From: Octopus sinensis
Taxonomy: Eukaryota
Assembly (NCBI RefSeq): GCF_006345805.1
Contig: NW_021834156.1
Span: 1 to 64,000, forward strand
Reading direction: 5' to 3'
DNA length: 64,000 bases
Part shown: positions 40,957-53,205 of the stretch, in pieces
Numbering within the stretch: position 1 is the stretch's first letter
Layout: every line of letters starts with the position of its first letter
The notes under the pieces: model-generated
The model's input: only the letters and a program-made list of their open reading frames with translations
Databases searched by the model: none
Told to the model about the DNA's origin: nothing
Translations under genes and position numbers: made by a program

Positions 40957-41179
40957 AAAAATCATATTATTAATAATCCTTTTTACAATAGGCACAAGGG
41001 CTGAAATTTTGGAGGAGGGGACCCGTCGATTACACCGCCCCCAGTGCGTAACTGGTACTTAAATTATCGACCCCGAAAAGATGAAAGTCGGCCCAGGCGG
41101 CACTGAACTCAGAACATGAGGACAGACGAAATGGCGCTAAGTATTTCGCCCGGCGTGCTAACGATTCGGCCAGCTCACC

Positions 41180-41211
<32 letters not shown>

Positions 41212-41560
41212 TAATAATAATAATAATGATAATAATACTACTACTACTACTAATAATAATAATAATGATAATAATACTACTACTAATAATAATGATGATA
41301 ATATTGATAATAATAACAGGGAATTATATAGAAGGGAGCTAAGAAGTATATTAAGCAGCTCCCTTAAACACCCCTTATTCAGGGACCTTTTGAGCAGGAT
41401 GGGCTACTCGACCTGTTTATCTTGATATGAGATCACCATATCGTGTACATATGTTTGCGATGCATGTACTTGGTGTGTTCATATCAGACGGGTTGCCATT
41501 ATGGGATTCATATATTTGTACGCCATTTTTCACTTGATGGCACGCACTGTTCCCTTACTC

Positions 41561-41609
<49 letters not shown>

Positions 41610-42774
41610 TAATAATAATAATAAAAGTAGTAGTAGTAGTTGTAGTAGTTGCAGTTATAGGAGCAGCATTAGCAAGTAGATGCCACAGCCAGCGTTGCAG
41701 TTACATAAACGTAAGATTTCCCATCAAAACGTAATCATCCAAAGCAAACAAGGCTTAATGTCTGATTGAAACGAATCTAAAAGTTTAGATTATTTCAATT
41801 ACGTTTATCTTGTTTTCTTTTCTATGTGTTTTATCTCTCTCTCTCTCTCTTTCCTTTTTTTTTCTTTTTTGTTGTCTTAAGTGGTTGCAACACGTTCTAA
41901 TTGTCATTATCTCTGCAACAGAACCTTCATTAATGAAAGCATGCTAAAATAGATTAATTGTAAAGACACTTGTATTATTATGGAAAAGGCAGTGGAATTT
42001 AGATGATGGAGTTCTTGATCTGAAAGTGTTTTTAAGCTGTGGTTTGACGCAATTGCAATTATCTCTTGAACAGAAATGTATTTTGTCTTTACAACAGCGA
42101 CGAGTCAATGAGAATGCGCCTATTTGATTGCTAGAAATAGCAAGCAAGTCTCACAAATAATATTCTGGTCATGTCTATTTATCATCTATCTATCAATCTA
42201 TATACATACATGTATCTCTCTCTCTCTCTTCTCTTTCTCTCTCTCTCTCTCTACCTCTCTATTATCTAATCTATCTATCTATTTATCTAGATATCTATCA
42301 TCTAATTAACTATCTATCTATCTATCTATTATCTATTTCATCTATCTATCTATCATCTATCGATCTATCTTTATCATCTATATATATATATATATATATA
42401 TATAAAGGGGTAGGCACATAAATGTGAAACAAGGTGGAAAAAAGAGTACTCAACACACAGAGGTAGCAGTAATATGCTTATTTAAAAGCACCAGAAATAA
42501 GTATTATCTCTACATACATATCTATATATTAATATATAATATAGATATATATATATATATTATTATATACACAGATATATACTATATATAGATATTAAAT
42601 TATTGGTGAAGTTTTAATTCAATTATCCGCACCAAGCACGGTTGCAACGCCAGATGGTTGTACCTCCAACCGTGCTGTTCATGCTGTGATTTTTGCTACT
42701 AAGGTATCGGTTAAATTTTTGATTAATCTACTACAAGATATTCATTTTCTATTTCATATAATCTATATATTATC

Positions 42775-42809
<35 letters not shown>

Positions 42810-43376
42810 CTATATGATCACCATATAACTGGGCCTTGCTGGGCCTCGACTTTCAAGAATTTTAGTCGAAAAGATCGACTACTATTTTGTAAAGCCTGGC
42901 TTTTATTCTATCGGCATCTTTTGCCGAACTGCTAATTTTTACTGTGTCGTCAGGTCACAAATATCGGTTGTCAAGCGGTGGGGAAGGACTGATAAGGACA
43001 ACAGGACTCTCACACAGACATATGTGCGCGCACATACACACGCGCACTCCCACACACACATATACAAGCACACACACACCCACGCACGCGCACATCCTTC
43101 GATTTCCATCCACTAAATCCACGCCGAAAGCTTTGGTCGCTTCGAGGCTACAGTCGAATATAATTCCCCAAGGTGCCACGCAGTAGTACTGAGCTCCTCT
43201 TGTCACTTTCTCTGACAATTCTTTAAAAATTAATGCTATAAATTTTCTCATTAAGCCTATTGCGTCACAATTCTTTACTATTAGACCCATAATCTTCACT
43301 GAATAGTTTCATACAAAGACAAGAAAATGTGTCTCTAGGCTCTAAAAGAAAAAAGTTATATTCTAAAAGGTATATT

Positions 43377-43408
<32 letters not shown>

Positions 43409-43458
43409 ATATATATATATTATATATCTATATACTATAATATATATATATATACGCT

Positions 43459-43554
43459 AAATACAATAGAGGCACAAATTGAAATTGTTTTTTGTGTTCT
43501 AGCACAACGTTTTCCTATTGGAAGCCTCTATGTATTATATATATTAATATATAT

Positions 43555-43590
<36 letters not shown>

Positions 43591-43668
43591 ATACAATAAG
43601 AGGCTACAAATTGGAAATATGTTTTTTGTGCTCTAGAACACGTTTTCCTATTTGGAAGCCTCTTATTG

Positions 43669-43705
<37 letters not shown>

Positions 43706-44368
43706 CAATAAGAGGCTACCAAATTGGAAATTGTTTTTTGTGCTCTAGCACAAACGTTTTCCTATTTGGAAGCCTCTTATTGTATTTATATATATATCTA
43801 TATATATTATATAATATATATAGCTATATATATAAATACAATAAGAGGCTACCAAATTGAAATGGTTTTTGTGCTCTAGCACAACGTTTTCCTATTTGGA
43901 AGACTCTTATTGTATTTATATATATATTATATATATAAATACAATAAGAGGCTACAAATTGGAAATGTTTTTTTGCTCTAGCACAACGTATTTCCTATTT
44001 GGAAGCCTCTTATGTATTTATATATATATATATATTATATATATATTAAATACAATAAGAGGCTACCAAATTGGAAATTGTTTTTTGGCTCTAGCACACA
44101 ACGTTTTCCTATTTGGAAGCCTCTTATTGTATTATAATAATATAATATATAGATATATATATATATATATATATATAGCTAATACAATAAGAGGCTACAA
44201 ATTGGAAATTGTTTTTGTGCTCTAGCACAAACGTTTTCTATTTGGAAGCCTTATATTGTATTTATATATATATATATATATATAAATACAATAAGAGGCT
44301 ACCAAATTGGAAATTGTTTTTGTGCTCTAGCACAACGTTTTCCTATTTGGAAGCCTCTTATTGTATTT
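43459..44368. repeat. Tandem array of 8 copies of an ~85-bp palindromic unit separated by (TA)n spacers
   Basis: Unit aaatacaataagaggctaccaaattggaaa-ttgttttttgtgctctagcacaacgt-tttcctatttggaagcctcttattgtattt. Copies start at ~43459, 43590, 43701, 43834, 43937, 44048, 44181 and 44284. Confidence 0.92.
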
Positions 44369-44460
44369 CTGTATGAATAATATATAGTCTAATGACTAAT
44401 TCGTTTTTGTGTTAGGCTACTGGTAATAATAATTTATTATTACCCTATTTTATTATATAT

Positions 44461-44680
44461 ATATATGACCGCCATGTTGAATCGTTAGCTCCTGCACGCA
44501 TTTTTTTCTCTCCTTGTTTCTCTCCGTGTTTCTTTTCAGTGTATCTTTCTGTTGAAGAGCGTAGGCTCGAAACGTAAAAGACTTGTTTTATTTCTATTCC
44601 TGAGCGCCATACTAATACAATTGTTTGTTTGCACCCCACCTGCCTTCGTCTTTTGTTTATTTTCGTAAAGCTTCCCGTTA
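44461..44680 (+). mobile_element. Short (TA)n-embedded unit carrying a hammerhead-like motif (44545-44580)
   Basis: cttt-CTGTTGA-a-GAGC gtag GCTC-GAAAC-GTA-aaag. Diverged homologue at ~20580-20765; partial homologue at ~45516-45620. Confidence 0.7.
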
Positions 44681-45342
44681 TATATATATATACTTTCAGT
44701 ATGGTAGATGAGTTCAACAAAACTTTAGATTCAGATGAATATAGTACTTAAGTTGACGCACCAGAATTTAGTACGGTATTATCCATACAATTTCAAAGTA
44801 AGGTTCCCTGCTGCGCTTGAGTGGGGTCTGACTCATAAGCGACCGTGATTTTAATGACCTTACTCTATGTATATACACGGCAATAAGAAAATGGAGGGGA
44901 TCAAGAGGTGTTATTCATCAATTTTTAGACATTATCATGTCCATATATTTTTAAAAAATCAATTATAACAATACACATATATGTATAAATATTATCCTTT
45001 ACATATGTAAAAAATACCAGTAACTATTAAACATTAATATGTTATATATGTATGTATATTGTTATAATTGATTTTTAAAAAAAGTAAATAAATAGACATA
45101 ATATAATGTCTAAAAGTTGAAGAATACCACCTCTTGAGACCCTCCATTTTCGTACTGCCGTATAAATTTAGGATAAAACAACGTTTTACCCTCACCCATG
45201 TATTATAATCAGTAGAGTAACTGCCGTGCAATAAAAAAGCATTTGTGTATTCATAATTGGTTATTCTACCACATTGTATTGGATAGATATTATCCCCTAG
45301 ATGATTGAATTCCAAACTCTAACTCCCTTGGAATTATATTTA

Positions 45343-45383
<41 letters not shown>

Positions 45384-45389
45384 TATATT

Positions 45390-45625
45390 AATATGCGACC
45401 GCGAGTGTGTATCGTTGGCGATTTTCTTTCTCCGTTTTCCTTCCTTGAACCTTTCCTCTTCTATGTTTCTGACGAACGAATAGCTCCGATCGAAACGTTA
45501 AATCCTCCTTTGTGTGGAAGAGCGTAGGCTCGAAACGTTAAAATTCTTTCCGAGCGTTAAACTAATACATATGTCTGTTTGTTACACCCACCTGTCTTCG
45601 TCTTTTGTTTTTTTATGAATTCTCC
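45390..45625 (+). mobile_element. Chimeric unit with two tandem hammerhead-like motifs
   Basis: 5' part aligns to the 55.1-kb family (gttt-CTGACGA...GAAAC-GTT-aaat, 45465-45503). 3' part aligns to the 44.5-kb family (gagcgtaggctc-GAAAC-GTT, 45516-45543). Confidence 0.65.
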
Positions 45626-45631
45626 CTATAC

Positions 45632-45676
<45 letters not shown>

Positions 45677-47119
45677 ATATATAACCTACATACATGCATG
45701 CATAGATACACACACGTACACACACACATACATATATATATAAAGGAAACCCCATTGTAGCCTATTTATTTATTTGTTTCCTCAGATGATAATGAAATAC
45801 CGAGAACACACTTTCAGTTAGACACTGTTATCTTTATCAGAGAGAGAAATGTGCCATTTGCAAAGCACTAAGCATATTCAAAAATGAAACACGGACGCAG
45901 ACTCGGTGACATTATCAGCTGCCAGAGCTGCAAATATTTCTCATTATCCATTCATGTCTCACAATACAGAATATCCTAGAAAACTATTACGTTTGACGTT
46001 TTATTGAGAAGCAGAGGATTTATGAACAGCAACATTTGACGCCGCTGCCAGCGCTGATGTTGTTTGTCTATCGACATCGTCGTCGTCGTCGCCGTCGACA
46101 TCATCGTCATCATCATCATCATCATCATCATACTCCTCCCCCTCATCATCATATATGAAATCTAGGAAAAAGAGGTGTGCTCATAAAGAAATGCACGAAG
46201 TTTACCAAACCAAATTTTGCGAAATGCATGAATACACGTTAGCACACACACACACACACACACACCCATACACACACGCACACAATCACACACACACGCA
46301 CACAATCACATTCACACACACACGCACACGCGCGCGCACACCATGTGTATTGTGAAATATATCGTTGTTATTATGCTAAACTGCTGTATGTCCAAATTTG
46401 GTCATATGCGTTTTTTCTTTGCTTTTTCAGTATTCTCTTTTTCCTTGCAATAGCCAGTTCTTTTAGTCAAACTGATTGTATCTCCAGCTGCTTCAGTTGT
46501 TGAGGTATCAAAATTTGTCAAAGTGTAGCACAACGGTTTTTGCTAAGGAATGCTAAAACTAAATTTTCGTTTTCTGAAAAAGCAACGTTTTGGACTTACG
46601 ACACTTTTGTATAACAGCAACGTTATCTTTGTGTGTGTGTGTATGTGTGTTGCGTGTGTATTTGTGTGTGTGTCATCTCCCAGATTCACATAATCATTAA
46701 ATCTGTCCTTCAATTTTTCTAAAGCCTGTGAAAGAACAGGAGAGTTTGGGCGTCCAGCCAGGCCTTTTACAATACCTTTATTAATATGTGTGTGTGTATG
46801 TATATGCGTGTGTGTATGCATGTGTGTATGCGTGCGTGTGTGTGTTTGTCCTTGACAACCGGTGCTGGTGTTTTTATATCCTCCTACCATAACATTTCGG
46901 CAAAAGAGATCGATAGAATATGTACCAGGCTTTAAAATGTACTAGGTTCTATTCATTGGAGAAAAAGTCCTTGAAGGTTGTGCCCCAGCATGGCCTCAGG
47001 CCTAATGACTGAAACAAGCGAAACATTAAAGAACAAAGACATACATATACGTACATATGGTTTCCCTTCATGGCAGAATTAACAGACAAGACTATTTAAG
47101 CCTTTTATCTTAACAAATT

Positions 47120-47505
47120 CATCCTATGGTTGCGGAACTGTTTTCAGAGGGAAACGCTATCTTTCAGGATGATAATGCACCAATTCACACAACTAAATTT
47201 GTTACTGAACAGCATGAGGAACATTCTAGTGAAGTTGAACATCTTATCTGACCACCACAGTCCCCAGATCTCAATATTATTGAACATTTATGGTGCATCT
47301 TAGAAAAACAATTAAGGAGTCGATATCTTCCACCATCATCACTGAAGAATGGACATAAATTCCTTTAGAAGCATTTTAAACTTTGTTCGAGTCCATATCT
47401 CGTAGAATTCAAGCTGTAATTCCTACCAAAGGCGATCCTATCTCATATTAAAATAAATTTGCTTGAAATCTTAAGGTGTTTCCATTATTTTGACCAACCC
47501 CTGTG
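47120..47505 (+). mobile_element. Tc1-like transposon, C-terminal transposase pseudogene plus 3' TIR
   Basis: IFQDDNAPIHT and *PPQSPDLNIIEHLW (DD34E second Asp and Glu motifs), RRIQAVI...GDPISY*, then TIR-like ggtgtttccattattttgaccaacccctgt (~47475-47504). Confidence 0.88.
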
Positions 47506-48401
47506 TATAATATATATATAACACACACATACATAATATATGTGTGTGCGTGCACCTGTATAATATATATATATAACACACACATACATAATATATGTGT
47601 GTTCACGTGTATGCTGTACTTGATACATTTACGTTGTCGTCTGACCACCATGAATATTAAAGAGATCTAATGACAGTTACACAGTAACGATTTGACAATA
47701 CACGGATTGGTTGATGTTCCTTACATAAGTAATATGTAATCCCTGTTAAAGAGACACGCTTTACTTGACGAAACGAAATATCACATAACGGTGATGTTTG
47801 GTTTTAGAACATTTATAGAATATACATACGACTGTGTGGTGTGTTTGTGTTTGTGTGGCGGTGTATTGATAAGAAAATGTCAGAGTTTGTTGAAATATTA
47901 TTTATTAAGCGCTTTCATATCCGTTACAATTTTGGCATAAATCTGTGCACCACTACAAACGATCCATACTGTTTTTAAACACAATACAAAATGAGAGGAA
48001 ATTCCCAAGACAACGTACCTCAGATTCGTATCGACGCGCATGTATTCGTTTATTGCTTTAATTGTTTCAGCAATTTGACTGCGGCTATGCTGTAGCACAC
48101 ACCTTGGAGGATTTTCCTCAGACAAATCAATTCCAGGACTTTTATTTTTTAAGGCCTAGCTCTTATTCAAACGGGTTTTTTTTTGCCGATTTGCTAAGTT
48201 ACGGGGATATAAACACACCAAAACCAGTTGCCAAGCGGTGATGCGAGGCCAAACACAGACACAACGACACACACATAAATATGTATATATGTATGTGTAT
48301 ATACAGATATATATATATATAATAATAAATATTAGGGAATAAATCCAAATTTACGGGGAAAAATCAGATTTAGGATTAAATCCAATTTTATAGTAAAATA
48401 T

Positions 48402-48695
48402 TATATAATATTAATTAGAGACAAAACCACTATTTTGTAAAACAAACAAGGAAAGAACTTAATCAATACATAAAATTTTAATAAAAAGTAAAAAAAACCG
48501 CCACTACAATGTTTCATGTCCTCAATGACAATCTTCAGTGGATTTCCGATTTTCAAATCAGTTTCAATAAATTGTCATTGAGGACATGAAACAATTGTAG
48601 TGGCGGTTTTTTTACTTTTTATTAAAATTTTATGTATTGATTAAGTCTTTCCTTGTTTGTTTTACAAAATAGTGGTTTTGTCTCTAATTAATATT

Positions 48696-48700
<5 letters not shown>
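48402..48700. repeat. Long foldback (~130-bp arms, 38-bp spacer) inserted in the (TA)n of a SINE B
   Basis: 48402-48532 is the near-perfect reverse complement of 48571-48700, differing by a few 1-nt indels. Confidence 0.92.
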
Positions 48701-48759
<59 letters not shown>

Positions 48760-48983
48760 ATATATGTATATGTATATATATATATGACGGGCTTCTTTCA
48801 GTTTCCGTCTACTAAATCAACTCATAAGGCATTAATCGGCCCACGGCTATACTAAATGACACTTGCACAAAGCACCACGCTGTGGGACTGAACCCAGAAC
48901 AATGTGGCTAGAAAGATAGCATCTTACCACGTGTACGTCATGGTAAATTATTTGATTATATTTTTATACGTATACGTATATGC

Positions 48984-49014
<31 letters not shown>

Positions 49015-49445
49015 CATACGCACACGCAGACACTGACACACGTACATACCCAGAGTCGATTCTTGGCGGAGCAAGAGCAGACACATCAAGGAAAGGGTTG
49101 CTGAAGAGGTCACAAATGTATTAAGTCCATTGCCTGGAAAGTTTTCCAGACAATGGACTTAAGATAAAATGAGAACAATAATAAACGCATGAAGAACGAT
49201 ACACAGTGCGTTTGTTTATTTGACAAACAAAAAAATACCATCCCGTAATATAACAATATACACTCACCCACATATATACATACATACATGCCCACCCCAT
49301 ATATATATATACAATATATATATATAGTATATATATATAATATATATATTATATATATATATATATATATATGATATTATATATATATATATATATATTA
49401 ACTATATATATTAATAAATATATATATATATATATATATACATGA

Positions 49446-49615
49446 GGAGGCGCAATTGCCTAGTGGTTAGGGCAGCAGACGCGCGGTCGTAGGATCACGG
49501 TTTCGATTCCCAGACCGGGCGTTGTGAGTGTTTATTGAGCAAAAACACCTAATGCTCCACGAGTGGTGATCCCTGCTGTACTCTTTCACCACAACTTTCT
49601 TTCACTCTTTCTTCA
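49446..49615 (+). mobile_element. SINE family D, 3'-truncated
   Basis: ggaggcgcaattgcctagtggttagggcagc head and body; no tail. Confidence 0.8.
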
Positions 49616-50139
49616 GTTGTACTAGAAAGCGGTTGCGTGTATATATAGTCTGTAGGAGAGGCACTATAAACGTCGGGTTCTTCTTCTTCTTCATAATGTC
49701 CATTTTCGACGAAGTTAGTAATACTGACACTCTTTCTTAGGGCCTCAGGATTTAGTGGAAAGAAAAGGGAAAGCTAGACTACCCTCACTTAGGGAACACC
49801 ACTTGAATACTTGCAGCAGAATTGGCTTCCTTGTATTTACCCGACAAAATTACTTATTCTTTTATTTTGTGTTAAATATGAGGAACAAATTATTTAAATA
49901 TATTTTACTCAATTAAAATTATTAATAATTTCAGTTATTAATTCGAAAAGGACAAATTTGTTAATTATTCTAATTAAAAACAAACAATTAGGAAAAACAA
50001 AACATATTATTAATTAGCCAAGTTAATTAACATAGGGCTTTTCTGATTAACATAATTATTAACATAACTATTAACATAATATTCCTGACGGCTCAGGGAA
50101 ATCCATATATTAGATTAATTTACCATGGGTACGCAAATG

Positions 50140-50290
50140 CTGATCTACTACATCGAGCCTACATAAACCAACTTTGCAAGGGTTCACCCGTGAAGAACTA
50201 TCACGTGCAATGACGGACTGAACACACTGCAAAGAACGAGTTACGGCAATCCGTGTCATAAATACGAACCGATGATTATGATGATCATAA
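50140..50290 (+). mobile_element. RTE-type LINE 3' end
   Basis: AYINQLCK...REELSRAMTD...KERVTAIRV resembles the RTE ORF C-terminus and is followed by a gatgattatgatgat tail. Confidence 0.55.
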
Positions 50291-51163
50291 GATTAATTCA
50301 TATGAATTTGATACGTTATAGAAGATAGTTATATACATAGACATTTAATTATGTTCCTCCTAATGCAACAACTGCGGAACACAAAGAATGAACTCTTTTA
50401 CTCTTTTACTTGTTTCAGTCATTTGACTGTTGCCATGCTGGAGCACCGCCTTTAGTCGAGCAAATCGACCCCAGGACTTATTCTTTGTAAGCCTAGTACT
50501 TATTCCATCGGTCTCTTTTGCCGAACCGCTAAGTTACGGGGACGTAAACGTACCAGCATCGGTTGTCAAGCGATGTTGGGTGGGGGGGACAGACACAATC
50601 ACACAAACATATACACACACGTACACATATATATATTATATAGAAGGCATTAATGCCCTCTATATAATATAAATAAATATGTTTAAGAGAAAAATTGGTG
50701 GATTTTTCTCTTATGAGGTTTTTCACGCTAACTACCTGATGAATTCTGATAAACATTTAATTCTATTTTTAAATTGTATATATTATATATATATATATAT
50801 ATACGACAGGCTTCTTTCAGTTTCCGTTTACCAAATCCACTTACAAGGCTTTAGTCGGCCCGAGGCTATAGAAGAAAACACTTGCTCAAGGTGCCACGCA
50901 GTAGGACTGAACCCAGAACCATGTGCTTTCTAAGCAATCTACTTACCACACAGTCACTCCTACGGCTGTTACTACTTACCACACAGCCACTCCTACGCCT
51001 ATGTAAAATTTATACCTTTCTGCTTATAGTTCAAATATAATGTTCTTGAACATACATTTGACAGATAATATACAGACATGCAACTCGGTCTCACTTAGAT
51101 ATACTGCAATATAATAACAAGATATACTGCAATATAATAAGATATACTGCAATATAATAACAA

Positions 51164-51554
51164 TTCTTGTTAGATTGACAGTATACAACCATTCTATCGC
51201 CCCACCACCGTACATGTCTCTACGAGAGATTTAGAAATTCAATATTTCTTATTTTGATAATCAGTGAATAGACTTCACTGAGTATAGATATATACAATTA
51301 CGAAGTCGAGACAAATATCACCGGTTGACCGGTGTCTGCTACTCTAGGCCGATGAAGGACAACGATCCTGAAACACGTGTCCCTAGATGCAGTTTCGGCA
51401 GCCGGGGGTGTTTGTCTCCCCTTCGTATATGTATATATGGACATAGGGGAAAATGTGTCAAAGCCATCAGGAGGCGTTCGATGCTTCCTAGGGCTATACA
51501 GCGGTGGTGTACCCCCTACTGTCACGTTCTTGTTAGATTGACAGTATACAACCA
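51164..51554 (+). mobile_element. 335-bp hammerhead-containing unit bounded by perfect 28-bp direct repeats
   Basis: ttcttgttagattgacagtatacaacca at 51164-51191 and 51527-51554; hammerhead fold at 51343-51387. Confidence 0.75.
51343..51387 (+). ncRNA. Minimal type I hammerhead motif, U4C core variant
   Basis: TCTAGG-CCGATGA-AGGA caacga TCCT-GAAAC-ACGT-GTC-CCTAGA: 6-bp helix I, 4-bp helix II, palindromic helix III loop, GUC triplet. Confidence 0.72.
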
Positions 51555-51681
51555 ATATAATAACGTGTTGACGTTTAATATCGCATTAATTAAGCTCTTA
51601 TTTAATACGGATAAATTTTATGATGTTTATACATTTATTTCATTTTCTTTATGAATATGATACGCATTTGTGAAATTGACA

Positions 51682-52197
51682 TACCGTAAATCCTCGAGTA
51701 TAGTCCGCCCTTGAGTATAATACGCAGGAGATTTTTAGGGAGCTGTACATCTGAAAAACCTAAACCTTGTGTATAATACGCACCACTTCTCTAACTTGAG
51801 TTAAGGAGGTCAATATAACGTCCTTGGTTTCTAAAAAATGTATACGGTAACGTCCTTTATTATTATTGTACATATAACATAATGCAAACGTGTAGCATTT
51901 TTGTGTATTTTGTTTACCGAAAATAAAGAAATAACAGTAATAACATTTAATAAAGTTTGCTTACTGCAAGTAATGGATGATTCTTTTATGACTTCATTGC
52001 TTTTAGGCTTGGCTTAAGGTATTTTCGCGCCCGACGTCACAAAATGCGTCTGAATAAATATTGCCGGACAGCAAATAGAGACTCGGACATTGCTTAGAAA
52101 ATAATTTTCATTTTTAATCTCGTATATAGTACGCGCTAGGGATTTTGACCTTTATATTTTGGGAAAAAATGCGGATTATACTCGAGGATTTACGGTA
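51682..52197. mobile_element. pogo/Tigger-type MITE
   Basis: TA at both ends; 25-bp TIRs CCGTAAATCCTCGAGTATA(G/A)TCCGC with one mismatch; no ORF. Confidence 0.8.
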
Positions 52198-52933
52198 TAT
52201 AAACTTTGTTCTTTTCTATAAAAGTTTCATAAAGCCATTACAACCATGATCGAGCAGCTTCCAGAATGCAATTAATCAGTTTACAAGCTTAGCGGAGGCT
52301 CATATCTTCAACTGTTTTTTGTTATACAGCACAAGACCTTGCCTGATTCAGGTACGCTATGATCAAACATTTTGTTACAAGTACAACTGTATTCAGTGCG
52401 TACATATGGCTTTGTTATGATATGTTATCCAAGAAAATCTTTAACTTTCGGAGAGATTTAGTTGCTATTTCTAGCAGGTTGAGCGACCTCATATAAGCTC
52501 AGTTCTTGCCTTATATATTTTAAATTTCACCATGATAAAAATATATATACATAAGGGCCTCCTAACGACAACCTAAACTTCATTTAATCAAGTTAGCCTT
52601 CGCCTGAAGAGCAGACTGCGGTATACACCTCGCTTGGATATTCACCACTTCCGAGGTTCCGCTCGTTATAAAACATATGCAGCCCGGATTTTATCTACTC
52701 TGTTTCTTAACTCTTGGATTTTTATTCCCATAACCGGCAACTCTGGTTGCCAAACGTGAAATATGAAATATATTTTAAAGCTTATCGTACCTCGATACGA
52801 GAAAAATCCACAACCTTCCTCCCAAATGAATCAGTATTGTTCTTGAAAGTTTTTAAAAATTTTCTACGAATTGCTTGAAGCTCACTTTCTATCTCAATCC
52901 TTGGATCTATCTATCCATATATTTATCCATCCC

Positions 52934-52986
<53 letters not shown>

Positions 52987-53028
52987 ATCTATCTATCTAT
53001 ATATATATCTATCTATCTATCTATCTAT

Positions 53029-53066
<38 letters not shown>

Positions 53067-53092
53067 ATCTATCTATCTATTCATCTATTTCT

Positions 53093-53205
<113 letters not shown>

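Noticed and set aside
43459-44368. CRISPR array call
   Set aside because: Spacers are simple (TA)n, units are ~85 bp, there are no cas genes and the context is eukaryotic. Reported as a palindromic tandem array instead.
49446-49525. tRNA gene calls for SINE heads (also 3805, 14487, 16402, 54023)
   Set aside because: A/B boxes are present but there is no convincing cloverleaf, and each continues into SINE body sequence.
52588-52625. CTGAAGA-gcag-a-ctgc hammerhead-like start
   Set aside because: There is no GAAA or cleavage triplet, and the helix II loop is sterically impossible.
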